Of a stretch of DNA of 64,000 nucleotides, positions 12,336-22,901 are shown piece after piece. The stretch covers positions 38,502,001 through 38,566,000 of the forward strand of contig NC_135758.1 of NCBI RefSeq assembly GCF_052425735.1. The letters run 5' to 3'. The position numbers and the translations under genes are program-made. The notes below the pieces were generated by a model that had not been told where the DNA came from, did not search any database, and was given only the letters and a program-made list of their open reading frames with translations. The DNA is from Oculina patagonica (lineage: Eukaryota). How positions within the stretch are numbered: position 1 is the stretch's first letter; the number at the start of each line of letters is the position of its first letter.

Positions 12336-15162
12336 GCTAATCATTACCAAGGAGAAGAGAAGAGGTTTGACAACAACACATCTTTAGAAAACAGTTTTTT
12401 TATATAAATGCTGACCTTGCCAGTAACTGGGCCCTTTTCTCTCTTCCTTGAGGGAGTGTCAGAATCTCCAAGCCTTTTGCTCCTCCAGTGCCGTCCTCGA
12501 TAGTCCAAGACTGGCGATGCGGCTCCTCGCCCCACTGCAATGCAAGATCCACGCGGGTCATATGTCTAGCGAGGGTAAGGCAGTCGCTCTCCAAGAAAGG
12601 CAAAAGTAGCTTTTCGCCTATTTTCTTCATCACATTTAAAAATATCCCCTTTTTGTCCATAGGCCCTACGCGCTTGGATTTGTCTTCTTTATCCTTCGGA
12701 CTCTCGACCTTGTCGCTGTCGTGGGTTGATTTTGAGGCCAGCACCTGTTCTGATGAAGAACTCGAATCGGTTGGGACGTCATATATCTCTTGGTTTGCAG
12801 GCGAGCCAAAGTCAGATCCAGAAGACGATGGACTTTTACTTTGCCTCGATGGAGGAGTAGAGTAGCACTCTTCAGACTCTAAATTGATTCCATCAGAAGA
12901 CGTATCGCGAGACGTGTCATGTCTCATCAACAACTCAGCGCCTGAATGTCTTTTCTCTGGGAGCGCGTTAAAACGTGGTTTTGAGCTGCCACCCGGTGGC
13001 AACCGTGAAGCTGCCGCGCCCACGGCGAAGGTTTGTAAGGCAGGTGCGCTGCATCTTGTTGTCAGCTGAGGACGCACCTTGCCGACTTTGTCAGACACAG
13101 TTGGATCTGAGTTTCGAAACGACTCCATCCTTTTGGGCTTGGCTGGGGGTTTGTCGTAAAGATCATCTTGGCTTCCTTTGGGTCTGTCATACAAACAGTC
13201 AGTACTGCCTCTTGGCTGGTCATAAAAAAGATTCTCTTGGCTGTCTTTGATGTTACCAGGCAGGCTAGCTTGACTAGATGGTTTGTCATAAAATTCCTCA
13301 GAACTATCCACAGTTGATGGTTTATCGTAAAAAGTTCCATTGCTACCATCTTCAGTAGGTTTGTCGTAATAGCTATCAAGGGGTTCCTCCTCGTTTAGTC
13401 CATCAGTTTTTTTGTTTACTTCATCAATTGTCATTGAAGAATTTTCATTTTCACTTGGTTTGTCATAAGTGTCATCCAAATTTTCCTTCTTATTAGGATC
13501 CTCATAAAAATGATCTTCTAAACTGTTCTTTTCCGCATGCTCTTCTTCGCTCTCTCCCAGTGGCGTCTCGTAGAACCTTTCTGAAATATTTTCATCTTTA
13601 GCGTCCTTCGGAAGGAACACGTCAGGAATTTTCTCTCGTTGTTTTGTCTGAACTGTCCATTGTAAATTTCCAGGTTTGGGCGAAAGAGAGCCGACTGTAA
13701 AGTGTCGAGTTCTATCTCCATTGTGATTGATCTCAAGATGCAATCCTGGGTCGCTATTCTTACGTCCCATTTTGTCGATTTTCTTTTGTCGCAAAGGCCC
13801 AGTACCTGGGGGTTTTGGCGGACAGAGGTTGGACGGGCCAGTATTGGAGACATACCTGTTACGATGATTTGCATTTAGACTTTTTAAGTCGTCTGAAGAT
13901 AACATAGTTGCATCCCGGCTGACGGCGTTCGTAATAACAGCTGGAGTCTTCGGAGATAACGGTTTCTTTTCGGTGATATAAAAGTTGATCAATTCGGCTA
14001 TGGAATCAAAACTGTTCGCGGAATCTTCCAGTCTATACTTTATCCTCGTCCCTTTCGACGAGTTCACTTTGCAGAGCGGTATGTGAACGGGCAGCCGTTT
14101 GTGTCGCACCACAATGAAACAGCTTCCAGGCTTTGCTGGGTCTTCACGTACCAAGAAGTTGCCGTCGCGACGCAGGTAACGCTCTGCATAGTCTGCCGTA
14201 ATCTTGCCATGATACCAAGTTTGCCTTTCTAACGGCAAGGAGTTTAGTGAGTCGGCATCTCCTTTTCCACGCCTTTTCTTCCTTTTCAAGAGGTCTGCTA
14301 ATCTGTAAAACAAAAGCAACCACACCATTTCAGTAACAGACCTTTTCACTGACTGGGATGTCACGCGACGCTAACAGACAGAAATGCAAACAGAAGCGTG
14401 ACGATCCAAAGAGACCCAGAAATATTTCGAGCTTTATGTTCAGTGTTTTACGTAATGCCTTTATCCCCAGTAGAATAAACAAGACCTATGACCCGAGGTA
14501 TACAACTCATAACAATGGAGCCATGCGCCAGCCGCCATAAACAACATCGATGTGGGCGGGAATGTTTCTAAAGTGATCTGTTTATCCCACTATGAAAGGA
14601 AACTGTGAAAGCCAGGAAAAGAAGTAAAAAAAATATTTCAAACCAAGAGCTGTTTATAAATTTCAGCAAAAAGTTTATTTATCTTACAGTGCTCATCCGA
14701 AATTTATCGCATTTCCTTGTCTGCTAAACGTATCCATTACAACTTTCTTGTTATTGCTTTGTCCAACATTAAAGTAAACAAGACCTCTGGGTTTGCGGTT
14801 TACAAGTTATGGCAGTGGGGTCTCCAGAACAACGTCAAATAACAATGATAACACCATTAGGAGCAGAGCACACAAATCAGATTGTACGCAGCGAGCAGCA
14901 AAAACGCGCGAGAGAAAAACAAAGGCGCGTGGCTTTTTCTTTCCCTCTACTCTTCGCGTTTTACACTGCTAGCAGATAATCCACGAGGCCGACCCCTTGC
15001 ATTCTACAACACATAACTACTAGAGCTAATAACTAACCTTCTGAAGGAAAGAGGCGATTTTGATCTGGATTCCTGAGAAATCTTTTTTTCGATCTTTACT
15101 TTAGCGGGTAGCGGCAGTGTCTTACTTCGGCTTCTGAAAGTACTCTGCGATGAAGACGACAT
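10836..15162 (-). CDS. BCAR3: NSP-family adaptor (BCAR3/SH2D3C/SH2D3A-like): SH2 domain, YxxP-rich linker, Cdc25/RasGEF-like domain; ~892 aa
   Basis: join(15038-15162, 12416-14302, 11877-12045, 10836-11333), all GT/AG, phases 2,2,0, 2679 nt. SH2 motif WYHGKI…DGNFLVRE…FDSIAELINFY. NSP-type GEF-like C-terminus: LARHMTRVD, GLEILTLPQG, LGNLISFMAIMEGLALPQVTRLHHTW, GLEIIVAHL. Probably co-orthologous to BCAR3/SH2D3A/SH2D3C. Confidence 0.9.
12262..12335. repeat. (ATTG)n microsatellite, ~18 units, intronic
   Basis: Directly visible perfect tetranucleotide run. Confidence 0.97.
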
Positions 15163-18100
15163 GGTTTACTTCTTGCTTTCGTTCGTAATTGTCAGCTAAC
15201 CGCCTCTCAGGAAACTGCAAACAAAGTTAAACAGAGAGTACATTCAACTAAAGATTCCAAGAAAATTCGTGTCATGTAAGAGCATAAGGTATTTCATAAA
15301 TCGCCGTAAGTAATCCTTTGTGTATGACGCTGCCAAAAATATTCGCCCTTCTTACACGGTCTAGCAACATCAATAATTCCGCCTTTAAGAAGAGTATTGA
15401 AGCAAAACAAACCACGAAATACTCTGTCTTCTAGAATCATCTAAGGCATCTTTTTCTCTCTGTGTTTTTCTCTTTTGCTTTGTTTAGTTAAATCTCCAGT
15501 GTGACTTGAGTGAACAAAGGATGATAATTTCTATGGTAACTTGCGTTCAATCATCGCGTGATGTGTTAAATACTCTGAGTACCAGTAGGAAACTTGAACG
15601 TTCTTCTGCAAATCAGAAAGGTTTTTTAAACCACTTAATTTCCAAAACCAATTAAAACAATAGATTTTTCCACACAATCGTACAATATCGATACATTGTC
15701 TAACACACAGATGATAAGACTGTTAGAAAATCATCAACCTGTATTTTAAGGGCACAACTTTTAACCAACTTCTCAGAATTACAATCAGTTCACAGTATTT
15801 TGAGCTCACATCTCAAAGTATTAGAGCAACTTATATTAAACTTTGCCAATCTGCCGTGATATTTTTACCGCTAAAGACTTTATGACGAAAACCCGACCAG
15901 ACGGCTTTGTTGTCAACGGAAGTTTTTAAATCTCAGCATAAGCTCTCTTCATATACATTATCCCTGTCATTATGTTACTTAAGCCATGAAAAAGCCAGAA
16001 ACAACATTGCATTTGTATTCTAACAAACTGACATGTTGAAAAGCCTTTAAGTTTGATTTACGAGAGTTCTGAATATAAAAATACGACAAAGGTCCGTCTA
16101 TGAAAGATTGTGCCATTAAAAACTTCACATAACTGGTTTCCACGGTGGCGTTATTTTAAGCGATTGATTTACGTGTGTAAAATATAAATATACAAAAAAG
16201 TTTGGACGGCTTGTGACCTTTCAATTTTTTTTGCAAACTCAAGCATTTTTTCTTTGTTCTCTATTTTGTTTTAACCTCCTAAATTACGCACGAAAAATAA
16301 CGCGCAGTGGAAATCAACCCGGGAAATCGCGTTGATTTCATCAAAACTTTCAGCAATCCAAACCATTCTACAGTAATCGCCGGTTGTTTCCCAATTCGTA
16401 CTTTTTGACGTAAGGAAATATTCTCGTTAATACGTCAGTTTTTCCGCTATACAAATAATATATAAGCCCTGGCCGGAACTTGGTTAAGATATAAAATGAT
16501 CATGTATCCTAAATAAGTCCCAATTACTTTATATGAAAGAAGATGGGTGAAAAATACCTGTTTGAAATGACAGTACGGTGAGAGACGCATGAGCGAATAG
16601 TCAGATCGTACTACTACCCAGCTGTGCTGACGACAAGAAAATAATTAATCACCCACACATTTTAGTTGTTAAGACAAGGCGTGAAAGCATTTCACACCCT
16701 TCCGAATACTCTCCTACAGTCATGGTTCGCTAATCCAACGCGAAATGAACGTGACATACGACAGGAGGGTTTTTCCTTTTTAGTCATCAATAATCTCTCA
16801 ACAAGGTAGGAAAGTAACACTTAAAATTACTGCGGTCGGATACCAAGCACAGTAAGAATTTATTTCTTACTTTAAGCTACCTGATGATCTTTGAAGATTT
16901 TGTGCTCATTCAGCTGTTTCTATTCTGGTAAATAATCCCTTGCTTTCAATAAAATATTCACTCTGAACTCTGATTTTTCTAACGAGCCGGCGAATTTATG
17001 AAGCACTCGGAAGTTTGAACTCCACAGATATTTGAAGAACTTGCCCCGAGGTTACACTAAGAAACTTCTTCAAACATTCCTGTCTAGACAACCTTTACAA
17101 AATCATATAACTCTACTCATATACATCTGAATAAAAGATGACACTGCTTTTATTACTTGGACTTACTACGACCGGAAGTGACGTATTCCAGCGGTTTTTT
17201 GGTTCCTTTCACTTGGTAATAAGCAGCATATGACTAAAAGTCTTGACCGAAATTTTCTTTTAACAAGGCCAGACGGCTAAATATTCTCCTGCCTGATTAA
17301 GAATTCTGCAACTGTGAAAAAGCCAAAAACTTTGCCCTGCCCTTGTATCCTATTACTGACTATTACTTCTTATCATACAAAGAATTTCAACACAAAAACC
17401 AAGCAACTAATCACATCTCAAGTGCTGACCGAAGTCGTTAGCAAGCACACGACCTTGGTTTTCTTTTGCACGACGACGTTTGTGAACCGAATCGACAATG
17501 ATTTATATCACTTCGCTTCAGAAACTGACAATTATTGATGTTCTACGAGCAATTTGCATCTAAAGTCGGCTTAATGAACCCACGCCAGTACTTACTCAAC
17601 ATTATTTATAGCCTGAAGTTAATTGCCTTAGTTTGCCCTCGCTTTCCTGAACTGAAACCAAAATCAGGCTTATAAACTTTCGTCCAAGGATACAATTATG
17701 AGTTATTTAACTACTAAATGATGTACATTAGTTAATTCCTCCAAAACAATGATTGCATACAGAATACGAAATGAACTCAATTAAAACAAAGAATATGGCA
17801 ACCTAAGTACACAATCAAAGGAGAGAGAATTCGGTTCATAACGGAGGACTGTGTAAACATGTAAACGCATCTTCTTAGAGACGAATATAAGAATTTTAAA
17901 CAGTTATAATCAAACTTATGCTCTTATATTCTACTCAATAAGAAGCGACTGGAAGGTTTTTTTGTCGTCAAAACAGAGGGTGCCGTATGGAGTATTGGCA
18001 ATCACTCTTTGTTGCATACATTTCACACGGGAGATTACAAAACGCTCAAGTTATACCGCTGTGTTTTGCATTAAACTTCCATGAACGAGCATGTGCTCGC

Positions 18101-18350
18101 GAAAATTGTGTTCTTTGCGTGTTCGAATTGTTGACAGATGATACGGAACATTCTGAAGCGATTAAAACGGACACTAAAATGTGTGATACGAACACAAGGA
18201 ACGATCATATAGTCCACGATCGATCTACTCTTGAATTCCAACACACCACCGTGTCACGACAACAAGGACTAAATTGAACATCACATCTTACGCGTTATGC
18301 CTTGAGGTTTTCTCATCGCGAAGAAAGAAACACTAAATAACATTTCTTAC

Positions 18351-18531
18351 CTTGAATATGCAACATAATCGTCTCTTTGCCAGCCGTAATAAACAGGATC
18401 GATTCAATGCAACGCACGATTGATCACATAAGAAGGTTTACGCGGTTAATAATAGAACAATAGTGATTGGTGCAATTCAATACGGCTTTGTCACTCATCA
18501 GTGATTGGTGAAATACAATACCGCTTTGTCA
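18351..18531 (-). promoter_or_regulatory. Putative non-coding first exon and twin-CCAAT promoter of the BCAR3-like gene
   Basis: Strong minus-strand donor AAG|GTAAGA at 18351/18350. Acceptor TTTGCAG just upstream of the ATG exon (~15215). Two CCAAT boxes in a 38-bp-period duplication at 18462-18531. Confidence 0.45.
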
Positions 18532-20537
18532 GCGCTATGTCTGCTCAACACGGCTGCGAGGTGCCGAAAGTTCTAGAGGGGTCGCGTCATCCCGGTAGAA
18601 AGTAAGGGAAACACAACAAACGTAAAAGTTTGACGTAACCTTCCGCGTTTCAACTTCTCGAATCCAACTCACATATCAACTGGGAGCGCCCAGAGTACAG
18701 AATCTAAACAATGCGCACAGTTTGATACTACTGCCTCGGGGAATAATTTGTTAATTTGAACTTATAGTTATCAAAGTTTTGATGCTCCCGCCTAAACACG
18801 TTTTCCGGCGTTTCTTTGCTCCGATTTTCCTTGCTTTTGTTTAGTGCTAAGCCTCATTTGGTCTCATTTACTACCACATTTGTTAAATGGCTATGCTTGG
18901 ACACTCAAAGGCAGTGCGGTTGACATACATCGAGAAATGCGACGTGACATAGTTCAGTGCTCAAAGAGCGAGACTCTTTCATTGATCGTACAGTATTAGT
19001 CGTTCATTTAGTAACACAGGGGGTCTTGGAAATTATATAAAAGCGCAAATGAGCTACAAGGTTTTCTTTATTGTGGTAATTTACGCTGTTGGGCCGATTC
19101 TTTGCAGTTCAATAGTGCACAAACACGAATTAAATTTTCTCAGGGACCTTTGCCTTAGGTGTTGCCTGCTTTCTCGGGAAGGGTGAAATTGTCGCTACTT
19201 ACGGACTTTCGTAACGTAGTCCCAGGATCTAGGAACTTACATCCCTCGGTTTCTTGTGGCTTGCAATTATGAATTAGTCGCCGCCAATGTATGGGCTGGT
19301 TTGTCGGTGTGGATCACCATTGGATTGTTTGTGGTTTTTATCGATTTTTGGACCTGCCAAAACAATAAACAAACAATAAAAATCATACACTTGCAATGAT
19401 TGATGGGAATCGTAAATTGGCTTCCTGGTTCAACGAGTTTTCACAAAATAAAAGACAAACAAAACCTTAGCGGCTTGACATCCGGCCGACGGATAAAAAT
19501 ACGTTTGAATTTTAATTTGGAACAATACAGGAAAAAAAGGTGAGGCGGTCAAGAGCCGGGATGTGTGGTCAGAAACTTGTTTTGAAATGGAGAAATGGTC
19601 TAGACACTACGCCGTGAACAACGTGAACTCCGCCAACGCAGCAAGTCCGTTCCTAGGGCCCTAGGGCCTCTGATCTTCCAAGGCTAATGGGTGATCTCCT
19701 TATGTTTTTTAGTCTACAAATTTTAAAGCATAATTTTTATTTTGGTTACAACAGCGTTCTTTTGATTCAGCTAGCAGGTAAATTCGTCACTGAAGCTGGT
19801 GATCGATGTCTACAAACTAAATCTTCCATAGCAACTAACTCACAATTCGGGCGTCTTCATTTCCTTTCGGAACAATTGAAATGTATTGAATAGTTGTAAA
19901 GCAATATATTAATCTTTGTACGTGAGAGCGGGCTTGCCTCAAAAGATAGGATCGTGATCTCTTGGTCACCTTTGTTAACAAAAACTTGATAAAAAAGACA
20001 AGTCCTTAAGAAATAGTCAACACTGAATGGTATCGCATTTTGTGAGAGATCGACGGGTAATCAGTCAGGAACACATGCTAATACCGTGTTGGCACAGACC
20101 TCAGTAGTTTTTCTTGGGAGAACTCGGATCAGATCGCGAGCAGTCGAGAGTTTGTGGCTAGTCAATCGCGCAAAAAGCGAATACCGTTAGGAAGTGAGAG
20201 AATAATGTATCCTGTGTACAGCCGTCCCACTCCGCTTAAAAAAATGGCGCGGCGCGAAAATTCGTTCCCGCCAAATTTCAACGCTTTGCATACGAACCAC
20301 CAGCGCGGTTTTTCTTTTCTCGCTCGACGGAATAGCGTATGTGTGCTGTTTATCGTCATTTCCTGTCTCTCCTTGACTCCTCAAGTGTAAAACGTGGCCT
20401 GCTAAGAATGCAAGGCCCTCTTTTGGATCCGGCAGTAGAGCTATAAAATGGGGTAGATGGGGCGCTCCATTCCCTCTGTGTTCGCAGACTCCACACACTT
20501 CGATACTACGATAACAAAGTTGACCACTTGTGCGGTC

Positions 20538-20762
20538 TTACTTGCTTAGATTCCAGGTACCGATCCTTGCTGTCACCTTCCGGCTGTCGGAAGGGGCTTT
20601 GGCCACCTGGCTTAGAGCCGGTTTACACAAAATTTCGGAAGCCTTGTAATCCCTCGGTGGCGATTGGCCAAGGAAGATTTCACCAGGTCTAAAGAAGCCC
20701 CTCTCCATGGGGCCATACTTCACTCTGGGCTTTAGGAGGCCTCCAAGCAGAGTAGCACTGTT
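20538..20762 (-). mobile_element. 5' remnant of an RTE-type non-LTR retrotransposon (5' leader plus start of the APE domain)
   Basis: The ORF ends …SQVAKAPSDSRKVTARIGTWNLSK*. IGTWN is the first motif of RTE AP-endonucleases. The leader is GC-rich and structured. Confidence 0.55.
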
Positions 20763-20763
20763 A

Positions 20764-20985
20764 GGCTGTGTTCACACGTGGTGCCACGGCACGGCGCCCG
20801 AGTACGATTCTTGGTAGGCCCTTATGTGAACACGCTATTTTTTGTGCCAGAATTCGGGCACGGGCATCCTTGCCGGCTCGGGCCCCTACGTCGACCTTTG
20901 GTTTTCTGTGTCTGAACACTACGATATTTTTTGCTGGTGCTCAGGCACAAAGTGTGAACTCGCTGAGTATCGCGTCTTGCGCATG
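20764..20985. mobile_element. Partial PIF/Harbinger-like MITE
   Basis: Begins TTA|GGCTGTGTTCACAC, with internal tgtgaacac/gtgtgaac subrepeats. Right TIR not seen. Confidence 0.45.
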
Positions 20986-21062
20986 GACACAACACGACCC
21001 CGGCACAGGGCTTCAACCGAGAGATTTCGATCCGGAATTCAACGTATCAATCATAAGTCATC
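20985..21062 (-). mobile_element. Degenerate tRNA-derived SINE head
   Basis: Minus strand reads …ttccggatcgaaatctctcggttgaagccctgtgccggggtcgtgttgtgt: a B-box-like GGTTGAAGCCC followed by TGTTGTGT. Confidence 0.4.
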
Positions 21063-22901
21063 CCAGAAGGGTCTTTGGACAAGGGAAATATTCAGCCAAG
21101 AGTAAAGAAGTAGTCGTAAACAACACACATCACACACTTTCAGGGTAAATTTTAATTACTTCTGCAATTAGATACTCAGTCGAGCTCCGACTGTTACGCC
21201 TAGCTAGCTAAGACTACATTCAATAGTGTCTATAGTGTATTTATATCCACGCAGTGAGAAAAGCTGCCGCTCTTCGCTTTCACTATAATTTCTTCTTTTT
21301 AAAAAAATCTTGTCCTTTATTTCGCGGTAAAACGTATTTACTAACCAAAATCAAACAAACACAATTACCAAACTACAAAATAAATTGCTGTAACATATTT
21401 TCATATATTGTTAGGTTATCTGGATATAAAACTTGAATTTTTCTCTATTTTCTCATATTGACGCACAGGTGCAGCAATAATTGGCTTAAGTAGACTTTGC
21501 CAGTGCGGAATATTGCAACGTGGATTTAGGCCAAACAATAAAACTTTCTTGACATCAATTCTTTGAATAGCAAACTAAACAGTAACCGAAAATTTCAGTC
21601 GTCTGACGTGCGTTTCTCGAAAGTCCCGATGACTGTTTCGGGCCCGAAAAGGTGCATTGCTCGCAAAATGTTTATCTAACAACGACCCAGTTTTTGTTGA
21701 GTTTAAAAGCGAGAAATGAAATACTACGCTCACGAAACATAAAGGGCTGTTTTTCTTCTTTTTTTTTGCCTTAAACGTCTCATTGAGGTTGGAGGTTTCG
21801 ACCCGAAATGGCTTCAGAAGGCTTGAGGAACGCACGCCTGATCTCTTCAACCCACATCTCGGGATTAGAGTCGAGCAGACAACAGTCATTCCAGGCTAAC
21901 AAAGCAGACAGAAGAAGGTAACACCGAACATATAGATATTGGTTAACACAATGCCATTACTTTACTACACCCAATAAATTTAACAATGTTGAATAAAACT
22001 ACTAATTGGTGACATGGAAATAAAATATTCTCGTTAATTATAGCCGCCGTCACAGCCGTTATAACGCATCGTTATGTAACAAAGAAGCGTCACATAACGA
22101 CGTTTTCGCGTTATCTCGCGACATAAAACTCTGCAGCGTTATTCCTTTACTAGGGTCGCAGAGGTTGTGCGCGTGACCATCCCTCTTAATATTTTTCAAG
22201 TCATCTGCACGTGAAATCCAACTTTAGGGTCTTTACGGTTAAATTTGCAATCCAACAGATATTCCCCTCACACTGCCCCTCAATCGAGGTTGAATATTGT
22301 TAGCCTACAATTCCATTCAAGCAATAACCTGAGAGACGTCTCTCTAGAGCTCCGCGCGCTCAATTCTTCCCCCATGACAGTAACATCCGAGATTCGACCC
22401 CAAAAAATCAATATTAATTATTAGTTGAGCTCGTCACTAATGACGAGTTCTACAGAAATCTGTCGTGTCTCGGATTTACTTGCGCGCCGGCGCGAACATT
22501 CAACCCGAGCAACAACCCATCAGAGACACTACAAGAAGCTACGTCATCAGTCATCCTCGTCCCCAGGTACTATTCCGCTTTAAAGATGGCAACTGGACAG
22601 TAGAACCTGGGTATCGATGGGTACGAGGTTGGTCATTAGGGAATTTTTTCGGGTCAAAACTCAAACGTCACTTAGGTCCAGCGGGACGAATTGAGCGCTG
22701 GAAGAGCAACGTCTTATTACCCAAGCTTTTCAATAAACTATTTCATATTTCTTACCTACAGGACACAGTGCCGTCTTTAATCAAGTAACAGGAGAACGGC
22801 CTTGTCCATATTGGCTTTCCTTGAAACTTTTGAACATCCAATTATTTCCCAGATTGGGCAGTGTAGTTCTATTAATTTAGTTATTAGTGATTCAGGGCTC
22901 T

